Shown here: positions 12,424 to 24,624 of the stretch, one piece after another
How the letters are laid out: each line of letters opens with the position of its first letter
How positions within the stretch are numbered: the stretch's first letter is position 1
Assembly: GCA_040954595.2 (NCBI GenBank)
Contig: CM082585.2
Span: 5,915,808-5,979,807 of the forward strand
Length of the DNA stretch: 64,000 nt
Source of the DNA: Balanoglossus misakiensis
Taxonomy: Eukaryota > Animalia > Hemichordata
Reading direction: 5' to 3'
Program-made: the position numbers and the translations under genes
The notes under the pieces: model-generated
Databases searched by the model: none
Told to the model about the DNA's origin: nothing
What the model saw: the letters and a program-made list of their open reading frames with translations, nothing else

Positions 12424-15027
12424 CTCGTTGAAGTTAAGTACCTGGGTGTAGTACAAACGCGGGTGTAATAAACTTCGCCAAAATAGAAACCCTAGGTGAC
12501 CTTATCAGTTAGAAGTAAAACGACCGTAATTGTTATGAGAAAGCAATTTGTCACGGTTTTAATCAGTAAATTGTGTTTGTTGTTGTATTACAAATCAGTG
12601 TTTCAATGAAAATGGTGTACTTGAAAATGAGGTCATAAGGAAAGGCGTGTCTACAAAATGGCGATCCTCTTATGCGCATGTGCGTATTTACTAACATTAT
12701 GCCCAATCCAAATGTTCTCCAAATTTTGCGCCCGATGTTAAAATAGTAGACTGTCTTCGCTTCCTTCCATATCGCACGCACACGTTATAAAAGTAGACTT
12801 CAGTTTTGTCCCTTCCCTTCACGATTGGCACATGCGCACTGTAATAGGAGATTATCACGAATTATATTATACCAGTATATTGATGGTGTAAATCATATAG
12901 AGAAAAAGAACATGCAAAATGGCGCGGTACTGCTTTCTTGCACATGTAAAGTGTCCGACAGAGGACATACATGTACAGTTTTTATCATCCACGCCCTCCA
13001 TGCGCGGCACCAAAACTGTGAGATGACAGCCTGTTTAACAAGAACGCCATTTCCCCACATTTACTTCACCCACCTGACTTGACTGCACAAATTCCCCACG
13101 ACGGAAATAAGTACATGTACATGTACACCAAGTATCATCCACTCCAGAGCACTCTCATACACATATGCGGAACACGTCACTTTCTCGTCACCACGCTACT
13201 CAACGCCAAGTAAACACAAATAAACTCTCGACATTTTCTGGTTCCATAGTACACGTGAACCCATTCACCCAACTTCAGACGGGCTGTCATAGAACTATCA
13301 AGAGAAAATTCAGACCCCACCTTTTGAGACGACACCCCTTTCGGGACAAAACCGTGTCATTGTGCATGGTCGTGGTATTATTATGATGCTTATACAGAGT
13401 GAATGAAAATCACAGTGAAGATCGTTGACTAATACACAACTAAAGTTCATCAGTTCTGCACCAGCTCTGGTGTATGTCTGACCAACAGGCCGTGTACAGC
13501 AATATGGAACATGCAGCTGTCTCAGTGACAGAACGGACCTGCAGTAGACCTGTGACTACAGGTCAGACCTGCCACGGCCGGGTCTGATCTGACAGACTGT
13601 TATTTTATCGGTGTCGTTGGAGATATTTATTTTCTCCGTGACTTTTGGCACCGGCCGAAATTCACGAAGAAAACATAAACTTCCAACTACACCGATAAAA
13701 TAACACACAGCCACACTGAAATTCCCTTCCTTGTTCAAGCGATAGTGGCAATGATTTTGAATGAAGATGACCACCGCTAGGAAAGTCTCAATGTCAGGAT
13801 TTGTGCGGCCGAAATCTCATTTGCAAATGCAAATGCAGTTGTCTCAATACAGTTGACAGGGTACTTGACACTTTGAGCTCTATACGTGATAGCTAATGAA
13901 CTCGTTTTGTCGATTAGGCGTTATAAAAAAACGCGAGTTTCTTTTCACTTTACACTTATCACACGGCCTGAACAATAGACTATACTGAAGAGAGAGTTGT
14001 GGGTAATAATCCACTGCGATCCAGGGTCCGCTCTCTGATTGGCTGACATGGTCTTTCCGAAAGGCTTGCTGCTGTGTGTCCAACAACGAGGTGCCAGAGC
14101 AATCCCAGGTGTCAGTGTAAATGGTGATTGACACTGTTTTTCCAGAATTCGATGCTGCAAACCATAATTAGTTTTCTCACGCCGAGAAAACAACTTACTG
14201 TGTGCGGACCCGGTGGTGTGACCCGGTCATTTTGGGCGCTGACAATTTCCTTTGCCAGGCCATTTTGGTGAATTAGCTTGAGAGATCTGGTTTTACTCGT
14301 ACACCACTTATCTCTCATTGCTTTGCTTCTTACTTGAAATTCCGACAGGGATTCTGTGATTTCATATATTTCGCAAATAAAACTTCATACAGATACACAT
14401 ATTGACACACACACACACACACATGACAGGCCTACACACAGACCAAGACGTAGGAAATTTGTGCAACAGACCACGACGCTCACCGGCCAAAAACGCTTGA
14501 ACAAAAAAAAATAGCTGGCAAAAAGCAAAATTCTCCAAAGATGTCACTTAATTCAGTTCAGTTATGTTTATGCCCGCAGCTATGCTAAAATTACTAAATT
14601 TGGAGGTTACGAAACGGCCAAACACATCAGCGCGGGACTACTTTTCTCCTCCCAGTTTTAATAAAGCGTTTTAAATTAACGTTGGTCAGTCGCGTCATAT
14701 GCATGTTGCACTAGTGAACTATTCCTCAAGCGCAATAATTCAATTATTTCAGCAAATAGAAAAAATGTTTTTGTAATTATTGCAAGACCTTATTAGGCCT
14801 AGCTTCTATGGTGTGTATAATTAAATGAGTTACAATTGTTTTGGCACGTTTTTTTAAATATGTAAATTTCATTGTTTTCGTCGACGGACTTCGCAGTTTG
14901 TTTAATTAGCACCTAATTCACCGTAATAACGGTAAGAAAAGACCCCCTACGGTGATATTAATTGCAAGTGCTACCATGACGTCATATAGTGTCACATTCT
15001 TCGGCGACAAATTTGTGAGCACGAGGG

Positions 15028-15035
15028 TATAAAAA
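15028..15035 (+). promoter_or_regulatory. TATA box of the mosaic metalloprotease gene
   Basis: TATAAAAA lies ~45 bp upstream of the ATG at 15074, which begins a signal-peptide exon. Confidence 0.55.
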
Positions 15036-15073
15036 TGGGCAGATGAATCGACGCTGACACAACCAATGCGGAC

Positions 15074-18000
15074 ATGACGAGGGATAGAAGCGTCTCGCGG
15101 CCGCTCGGCGGCATCACACTGTTCTTGGTGATTTCCTGCGCGGTGGCTATCGCTGCAAGCGATGAGGTAAGTCCCATCCAACCGATGTCAAACGGGACGT
15201 TTATGTTGTAGTATTTTATGGGGAATGCGCCCGACACTGTAAGTGTAATAATCACGGTGTACGGTGTGGAGTAACGGTGACCGTGCTGTATATATAGAGG
15301 AACTGTGGTTCGACATGAAATTGCCGGATCGGTGCGTATGTCACTGCATTTCACTGATATTCGGGAGATTTTTTGAACCGGTCCGTGTTGTGATGAAGAA
15401 TCGTTCCTTCTGCGAACAAACGAAAAATTTATGATGAGATCTGCAGGAAGGTATGGGACTGGGAGTGCTGCACGTTGCAACGCCTACATATTGTAAATTC
15501 GGACACTCGTGCGCGTCGGCCAGACTGAGTATCAGTACCATGGGCCAGTTATCGTGTGACAGAAAAGTTGGGTTGGACTTGGAAAGCTTTGTCAGCATTG
15601 ATCATTACTACAAATATATATAGCCAGAAAGCGACACAGCTATCAACTTTTTCCCAGTGAGACCCAAGGCAGATCGTCCGAGATATTGAATTATGCAAAT
15701 GCATTGGCTGCATGCGACTGTATCATGTTAACGGCTCAACTTTTTCCACTTATTTTTAAACATCGACATTCGTCAGAATGCTTCTCAACTGAGTCATACA
15801 GAACATTTGCATGCAGAACATCATCTTCATTCAGAAAATTGGATCAGTCGTCGCCGTCATCTTCATAACGTAAACAAGCAAAGCTCGCTGTAGCTTGTAG
15901 TGTAGTAGGCTGATGCGCAACTTTCTCCGCATTTGCGTCTTATGAATATTCACGAGGTTTTGATGACGTAAACCCTAAACTGTGATATAACACATAGAAC
16001 CGACCCTGGATATACAGAATTCCCCACGTCCTGTTTTATCAGTTGCTAAACTAGAATACAGGCTATCCAATTTAAACAACTTTTCTTCAAAAGCGCAATT
16101 TTTTTAATACTGGCATTATATACGCAAAATTGGTCTTTTTTTCACCCACACAGCAATGGTTGCCTAGGGATACGGTCAAGAGGTACGCAAGAGCCGCGGG
16201 AATAGACGATGGTAAGGGGATAAGTTGACTTTTTTGTATAAATTTTGGTGATCATTATTTTTAGCCACGTTGGTGTTTTTCGCTGGTAAGATTAAATGAA
16301 TGGTTCATACCAGCAACATTGCATTTTTTTCTTACTGATGTCCAAAACACTTTTCATGCAACAATTCGAAGTGCAATGCACATGTTTGTGGGAAAGTGAC
16401 ACGTGAAACTAAAGTATATCAGCCTGGCAATATGAACAAACCCCTATGCGGCCATTTTGGCCACTTTTTCGCAATGCATGCAGGGCAAAATGCCCGGATG
16501 ATTACGAAAAAGTTTCGGAGTTACAGATGAAAGTCAATGCGTGCTGCTTAGATGAAAGGTTATGTCAGAAACATATGGTCTAATGTAACCACTTCGGACA
16601 TTGAAGTAGACTTTATTGCACGTTTTTGATATTTAGGTTTTGACTTTCAGGCGATCACAGTTACGACATCGTTTATCCCAGGATTAGCAACCGATGGAAA
16701 AGAGAGGGCGCTGTCAGTGATGATGACGTAGAAGACCACCTGACAGTGGAGGCATTCGGTGACACGTTGAATCTACGCCTGAAGCGAAGTGACGGTAAAT
16801 ATGCGAAGAAGTGGTTTATAGTGCATATATATAGTACTGTAAAGCTATATTGGCCTACCAGTATTAAGCGTACAAAGAATCTCTAGTCTACGACAGAAAG
16901 TAGACGTAGTAAAACTTAGAACGATAAGAGAGGAATCACATCGTTTGAAAAGCGCATATTCTAAGTGGACAAAAATTGTCAGTCGGAATATTTTTCAGCG
17001 TAGCATTGACTGAAGATAATGCCATTAATGAACATTGCATTTTATTGTCTGATTTCGTAACAATATTTGACACGGGATAGGCTTTCCCATTTTCAATGTT
17101 CATTGTATAAACCTGTCTCCAATCGTTCTTGTTCGCACTCAATGTGTCCGAGTAAAAGTACATTGTTTTCATTCTCTGTACAGATTTCTTTGTGACTCCA
17201 TTCGTGGAATACTGTGGCGACGGTGGCATCGTTTGGGACAAGTTTCCGGTGGACGTCGACAAATCTTGTTATCACAGTGGTTACATCACCGGCGTTGAGA
17301 ACTCCTTGGTGGCTATTACAGTTTGTGAAGGATACGACGTGGTATGTTAATTTCCCGGTATTTTAATATTATATCATCGGGTCGAATTAATAATGAAAAA
17401 TATGGCGTTTGTCCATCATGGTATTCTCGTGTCGCAATGAAATGTAATGGGCTTTGATGTTATTCATATCGAAACACGAACAATAGGCATTCTGTGACGG
17501 GCCAATTTAGTACCACCGGAACATGTAACCTATTCACTGCGAATTCGATCGCACGAAAACTGATGCACCGACAGTGACTGTGTTTAGTACATCTGTAGTA
17601 TTGAATGGGTATTGGAATATAAAAAGATACCTTGACAGCATTTAAATCAGTCCTGTGCAGATGTCCGACTCCTGTCATTCGTTCAGATGGTGAACTCAGT
17701 GTGTGTACTGCTCGCAAAACACACCTTGCTTTAATAGTACTTCTTGTATCCACCAGACTGGTTGGCTTGTCGGCAACTACACCCTCTTTCTGCACCCGAT
17801 TCAAAATGGCGACATTCCCGCGAGGCGAAGACGAGACACTGACGACCAACCCCACATCGCGTTTAAGGTGCACGGTGACCCGACCGACGATTTTGTCAAC
17901 GACTTTGTCTTCCCGCCAAACGCTGACATTGAAGGTAAGCGTGTCTTAGCCATTCATAGCTACAAAATACTTACGTTAATTTTAACAAGTTCAAATTATT

Positions 18001-18660
18001 TGCCGATTTATCGTGATCTGTTACCGACTACAGAACGATCAACCTGAGTTTTCCATGTAATTTAGGTTTAAATTTGCATAAAAACGGCATGTTTCACCAC
18101 TTGAATACTCACTTCCGTTATGCAGATGAATTGGAGTTGGCCCAGGCTAATCGGGAGCGTGATTTGGGGGGCGCCCTCCGACCAATTTACGTGGAACTGA
18201 TGGTGGCGGTTGACAAGACTGCACAGGAGAAACTCGGAAAGAACACAGTGCCTCACATACTGGCCATGGTCAATTTGGTAAGTAGATTAACTTAGACATA
18301 TTACTCGCCTTCATGAATATCATGTAGGAAATCGGTCATTTTCGGTCGCTGTTTTAAATTTAAAAGATAGAACAATTTCACTATTTCTGTGATTATTTTT
18401 CCGCTACATCCCAAACCACAGGGACAAAATGGGCGCTTAACTTCTAGTATCTGGGGATACCAGTACTAACGATTTGGTTGGTGACAGATTATATAGTTTG
18501 AGTTTACATTATTGTCTTTCCTTCTGATTCAAGGTTGCCACGGCTTATAAACACCCAACAACCGAGGAAATGGATATAAATATTCGATTGGTCAGATTGA
18601 TTTTGGTGGATGAAGACAAGGTAAAATATCATTGAAGTGGACGACGACGACGACGACGAC

Positions 18661-18717
<57 letters not shown>

Positions 18718-21700
18718 ATTTGTTGCTTCTTTTTTTAACTTACTCTAATTCTCCCATTTATTGTCAATATTCAACTTTCAGTGCAAGCCTTTTCTGGACG
18801 TTTCCCAAGATGTCTACGAACGGCTGAGCCTCTTTAAAAGTTGGGCGAACGCCATCAACGTTGAAGATGACGACGATCCTCTGCATTTCGACTATGCCTT
18901 CTTTTTCACAAAGTAATTATTCCAACTTTTGCGGATCATACAACCTATAAACATTTATAAGCTCCGGTTTTGGGAAATCTTGAACATTTTTAAATGCACA
19001 AGTGTTCTATCTATATACGGATACTAATGTGAGTTTATTTGTTTCCACAGCAAAGACTGGGTCAATTCGGGCGTCGGCGGTTTGGCCTACGTGGGTGGAA
19101 TGTGTACATCTTATTCCGCCGGACTCTGTGGTATTAGTACTTATGTTAGTTGTTTTGGCCACGAAATGGGACACACGTAAGTTTTGAAAACAAAATTACA
19201 TTCTCATGGTTTCTTAATTAAAACCAGTACTATTTATGTGGGGCAACAAGTAACAGAAACACAATCAAAGTTGAAATATTATATAGTTTCTTCGTTTGGT
19301 TAGTGAGCCAGTTACTGTTTGAGACCATACCAAATAATCACGTTGGTGACGGGTTGACAGTTCTGTGGGGGGGGGGGGAGGGGAACCACAGGGCATGTGG
19401 TATAATGTTTGTCTTTAAACTTTCAGCCTTGGTCTAAGTCACGACTCCTCACAATGTCCAGACTCTGAAGAAAACGGCTTCATGGCTGGTGGATATTACA
19501 AGTTAACGGAATGCAACAGGCAGCAATTAAGGGGATATATGACGTGAGTATATAAACACTGCCAAAAGTAAGCAAGGGGCTCTGAAACGCGGTTAGATCG
19601 CCCTAGAACCTGCAATCTATATTTGAGACCGACACCCCAACAAGACTCCCGAAGGTTTCCCTGCACGGTTGGGAGACGCGACATATCCTGAGAGAGAAAA
19701 AAACACGACTTATATTCTTTGTTTCTCCACCTGCAGATCATACAATAAGCCCTCGTCGTGCCTTTACGATAAACCAATTTGTCAAACCACGTGGCCCTGG
19801 CCGGAGTATTACAACGGTGAAAGGGTGGAGTCTGGAAAGGTCTTTTCCCCGGATGTTGAGTGCAAAGCGTATTACTATGGGAAGAGTACGGGCCAGTGCC
19901 CATGGAAGACCTTAGAAGTTTTGGTATGTCTTTTATGTCTATTTGTAACGTAGTGAGAAACATAATGTCCCAATCTGATTAAAATCAGATGTAGGGAACG
20001 GCGACGTGGTTTTTTATGCTGTTTCAAAAGGAGCTCATTCGACAATGAAGATGATATTCTTGGGTTTTTTTGTGGACGCTCAATATTCTAGTCGTTCAGT
20101 GGATACTCAGTGGATAAACGACAAACGTGGCGAATATTGGTCATCTCTCTCACAGCGTATGAGTAAAATTGACTGTTATTTTTCAGGACTACCAAGACGG
20201 CGACACGTGCTACCTTTACTGTCAAATGAGCAGCGGGGAGTGCAAGTACTGGGGTAAAGCTATCGAAGGCACTCCGTGCGGGCCAGGAAAGGTAAATTTG
20301 CATATACATGTATTTGCATATTCATCATCCAATATGGCTGACATATCCTTGTGACCAGCTGATATCAATCACGTGACCGTATACCTGCTTCACCTGTAAT
20401 GTAGTTTAGCTTTCGAGTTTTCTTGCGGGATAATTGGCTACAAAGTTGAAAAGTTAAATGTACGATAAAATCTGGCCATAATCATGGTTGTTTTGGTTTG
20501 TAAAGCATGCGGGAAGCTTATTTCTTTTGGATTCTACCTCATTATCTCCCATGAATAATATCTTATTCTAACTGGTGAACCAATTCATTTTGTTCACACA
20601 TTCGTAGGCGTGTTTGGCGGACGTATGCACGTGCCTGAATAAAGCAGACTGTTCTTCTTCTGAAGGCGTTGGTAAGTTGAAACATAGACTACTGTCTATG
20701 TTCTAACGAAATGTACCCAGTTGGAATTTTTCAGAGATAAAAAAATAATTACTTAACTGCATGATGCTGTACTTACCATGGAATATTTCTGTTTGAAGCT
20801 ATGCCACGTCTGTTTACCTCTGTACATTGTTTCTTTTGTAGGTACAGTACCAAAGAATACCAGCTACGTACCATCGGTATTCTCAGCTGACCGCGACACA
20901 GCCGTTCAAATCTGCGACAGCCAACAGGGCTCCCTGGCCAAAATCCTGAACAAGGACACCCTCGATCACCTGATTGACATGTTGGAGGAGTTCGGACTCA
21001 GGGATAGTTTCAACTTCCACTTCGACGGGAGGCGCTATCCCCGACAGGAGAACGACTGGAGGACTGTGGACGGCGAAGTGTTGACGTACTTCGACTGGGA
21101 ATCCGGCGAACCGAACAATGCAGGCGGCCACCAGGAGTGTCTAGTGTTGTGGTAGGCCATCTTGGATTTGATTCGATGGTCATCCCATCGTCGTAAACCA
21201 CGGCCTCTTTACGGCAACGGTTGTCTGATTTTCGCGGGGTTTGTTGGCGCGAAGTCATGGCTGTATGCATTGCTAGTTATCCTGCAAGAGATTGTGTAGT
21301 TTTCAGCAAGGAATATAAAGAAGTATTTCTCAGGCGAACAGCATGAGACATGATGTGAAAAGAAAGACATCTATTACAACTATACTTTCATGAATCGGGT
21401 AATTCTCATTTGATCGCGAAATATGCACAAGCTTTATTTAACAGTCCCCACCCCGATATTTACAATGAGTTACTCCACATTTGGTACACTATACAGTTTG
21501 TTATATGAAGTCACACAGGATTTTGACCCATTTCTTTTCTCCTGTTTGATGGACAATATTTCGATGTTTTTTGTAATTGCAGGGAGGAGATAATGCAATT
21601 TTCTGATTATACTTGCTCGTCGTCTTCCCATTACATATGTCAAAAAGGTAAGCGTCATGCATTTATTTGTTCACAATTTTTGGCGCCAAATAAAAGATTA

Positions 21701-24493
21701 TGCAAATTATCGTTTGTTATGTATATTGCATATTGAGCATTTCTACTCACGCTTATAAATTTGCATACATGATTTTTCCAACAGATGGGAAGGGCGAGTG
21801 TTATACAGAGCGACTAGCCAATGACTACCGCGGAAGAAAAAATACGACCAAAAAAGGACACACATGCCTTAAATGGACAGAACACTCTCATGGCAAGACT
21901 CCGACAGCTTATCCTAACCGCGGATTGGGCGACCACAATTATTGCCGTAACCCGGATGTTGACTCTGGAGGTGCTTGGTGCTATGTTTCTGGTGGAAGTC
22001 AACATTATGATTATTGTGATGTTGGCCAACCTAAAGAAAGTTGTGGTAAGTCCTGTAATAGTACTAGTTTCATTGTTTCACCATCTGTAATCTTTCGTTA
22101 TATGGTCAGTGTTTTGTCAACATAGCCTATATGTGTGTAACGACCATAGTTATTGTTGACATATGAATTCTAGTCTGGACATGAATTCATTTTTTATCAC
22201 AATAACAATGATGATATATACATTAAGGTTGTGTTACTAAGCGAGATACTGGGTATTTAATCATGCTTTTGAACAAGAAACTTCAGTAGCTACACAAAAC
22301 AAAACTGCTGAAGCGAAAAGTTACATCTTTAACAGCGACGTGGTATGAATTTGCCTATGTGTTTTTTGTATGATCTATAAATCAACAACTTCCTTCTTCA
22401 CAGGCGGAAAGGGTGAATGTTTCCAGGACAAGAACGGCTACGACTACCGAGGAACAGTATCCACGACCGTAAATGGCTACACTTGTCAGAATTGGACCTC
22501 CCAGACGCCCCGGAGCCACTCCAACACGCCAGAAGCTGTCCCCAACGCTGGACTAGGTGACCACAACTATTGCCGCAACCCGGACAACGAACCCTCTGCC
22601 TGGTGTTACACAGTCGATGGTCCGCGGTTCGATTTCTGCGATGTGGGGAATCCCGGTGATTGTGGTAAGTTTTCTTAAAGGGGCGACGATCGTGTTATGC
22701 GCATGTGCAAAACAAGAGACTCTGGTTACAAGAAATGTATCCATAATGCAGTGTGCTGTCCTAACAAAAGACAAGATGGCGGCGAAAAAACGACATCAAA
22801 ATATTCAATACTTCTGTACAGTACATGATAATATGTTCTATTTGATTTACGAATATCAAGTAACGGAAAAAGACTTGGAGTTTCACCACATAATTTTGTA
22901 ATGAGACATTTCATTACCCCCTCCCCCCTAACAGAAAGACTTGGTCAGAACCTGCAAGGAAAAATGGTAACTCTTGGAGAAACATCTCTGCTCGCTTCTA
23001 CAAAACCATTCTCATCCAGCATTTCCGAGATCACAGTATCACTCTGGGTGCGCAGCTCTGGAAGCGATTCGAGCGAGCTGTTCATCTACTCCTCACCATT
23101 CGTTGAAGACGACTTCAGCGTTCGAGACATCGGCAACATGAAGATGTACGTCCGCGGGGTCGGGGCGCAGGCGTCTGACGTCGGCGCAAACGACGGCTTC
23201 TGGCATCACGTGGCGGTCACGTGGGACAGTGCAGATGGTGGATGGCAGATCTTCAAGGACGGAGTCCTCTTGTCGGCAGGTGCCGACTTGGAGAGGGAAT
23301 ACCAAATTCAACGCGGCGGGATGCTCGTGGTCGGCCGCGGTCAAGACGCCCCGGGTGACGCCTGGTCGTCTGGTTACATCGAAGGAGAGATGACCAACTT
23401 CAATGTCTGGAATAGGAAACTGACCACTGTGGAAATTGAGAACTTGGCCAAGACTTGTGCTGGCTCTTTAACCCTAACAGGCAATGTGATATCTTGGGGT
23501 GGCGACGATCTAAGTGTGCAACTGTCTGCTCCTGGCAGATTACCGATTGAGCAAGCAGACACATGTGGTAAATAGTTTTTTTCTCATTGATAAAATGACT
23601 AAATGCTATATATCAAACACCATAACCATCACTTTGAACATGCAGCTATTGGCTTTTATGTTTACATTTTAAAATGGTTTCTAGTGTTTTTCTTATTCTG
23701 GTATACACATATTTCTGTGTTATACCCCAGATGGGACCACAGTGTCCTTGACGCTATTTTTTTCCTCTAATTGGCCTACTACATGTATATGTATATAGTT
23801 TGGTATTTCGAAAAATCCTAACTCAAATATGAAGCTATACAGTTTGCAATTGTATACTGTAAAAGGGTTTCTATTTTTTTTTCTTAACGTTTGTATTTTT
23901 TTATTTCTACAGAACCAGTATTGTCCGGTCTAGATGGTAAGATGATCCAGTTCGACGGAGTTTACACGGTGGAGTCCTTCGTCACGATTTCCAGGTTGAC
24001 ACAACTGACGGCCTGCTTTTGGTTGCAAACTGACCAGACCGGGGGAGGCTGGTTCACTTACGAGACGCAAGACGAATACGTGCTGGCGTTCTGGTTCGAC
24101 ACTGAGCTGATGGTGCAGCCGGGCGTCTGGAACGGAGTCCCGATCGCAGTCAACGACGGCCAGTGGCACCACGTGTGCGTCACGTGGCGGTCGGCCGGCG
24201 GCGAGTGGCAGGTGTTCAAAGACGGCGCCCTCGCCAGCAGCGGTGTCGGGCTTGGCGACGGCTTCGAGTTGGGTGCGGGCGGCAATTTCCTACTGGGGGC
24301 GTCCCGTTGGTACAAGGTGCGAGGCAACATGGCGTCCTTCAACGTCTGGGACCACGTGCTGCCCGACCAAGAAGTGGAGAAGGTGAAAGAATCTTGCGGC
24401 GACAGTTATGAGGGAAACGTGTTGTCGTGGAAACAGGGGCTGAAACCGCCACCGAGTGAATACATCGCTGACGTCGATATTTGCGCCCTGTAG
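15074..24493 (+). CDS. Secreted mosaic M12B (ADAMTS-like) metalloprotease with C-type lectin, two kringle and two pentraxin domains, 19 exons, ~1236 aa
   Basis: Exons 15074-15166, 16154-16211, 16651-16794, 17184-17341, 17757-17934, 18126-18277, 18534-18620, 18782-18912, 19051-19176, 19427-19543, 19737-19923, 20187-20291, 20608-20671, 20842-21151, 21583-21647, 21785-22045, 22404-22664, 22935-23567 and 23913-24493 join in frame (3711 nt). Signal peptide LGGITLFLVISCAVAIA; prodomain YDIVYP..RWKR..AFGDTLNLRL and CYHSG..SLVAITVC; catalytic YVELMVAVD; zinc motif HEMGHTLGLSHD plus Met-turn; disintegrin-like EGTPCGPGK; lectin WESGEPNN..EC; kringle NYCRNPD x2; pentraxin DGxWHHV(A/C)VTW x2. Confidence 0.88.
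18640..18716. repeat. (GAC)n(GAT)n microsatellite, intronic
   Basis: Read directly from the sequence. Confidence 0.95.
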
Positions 24494-24618
24494 TGGAAAG
24501 AACTGATGCTTTGCAGGACATTGAAATTTAAATACATCTGTGCAGTTTTTATGTATATTGCGAAGAAAATCAGTAATGTATACATTAATATGTTGGTTGC
24601 TCAGGTACAATACTTGCG

Positions 24619-24624
24619 AATAAA
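24619..24624 (+). terminator. Likely polyadenylation signal of the metalloprotease gene
   Basis: AATAAA ~125 nt after the stop at 24493, followed by T-rich sequence. Confidence 0.5.

Noticed and set aside
12500-15000. Short ORFs in the NT5E-B/metalloprotease intergenic region, and similar ORFs at 24700-27600, 30700-35300 and 43000-49000
   Set aside because: They show no domain motifs, coherent splice structure or coding-like composition; they are consistent with UTR, intron or intergenic DNA.
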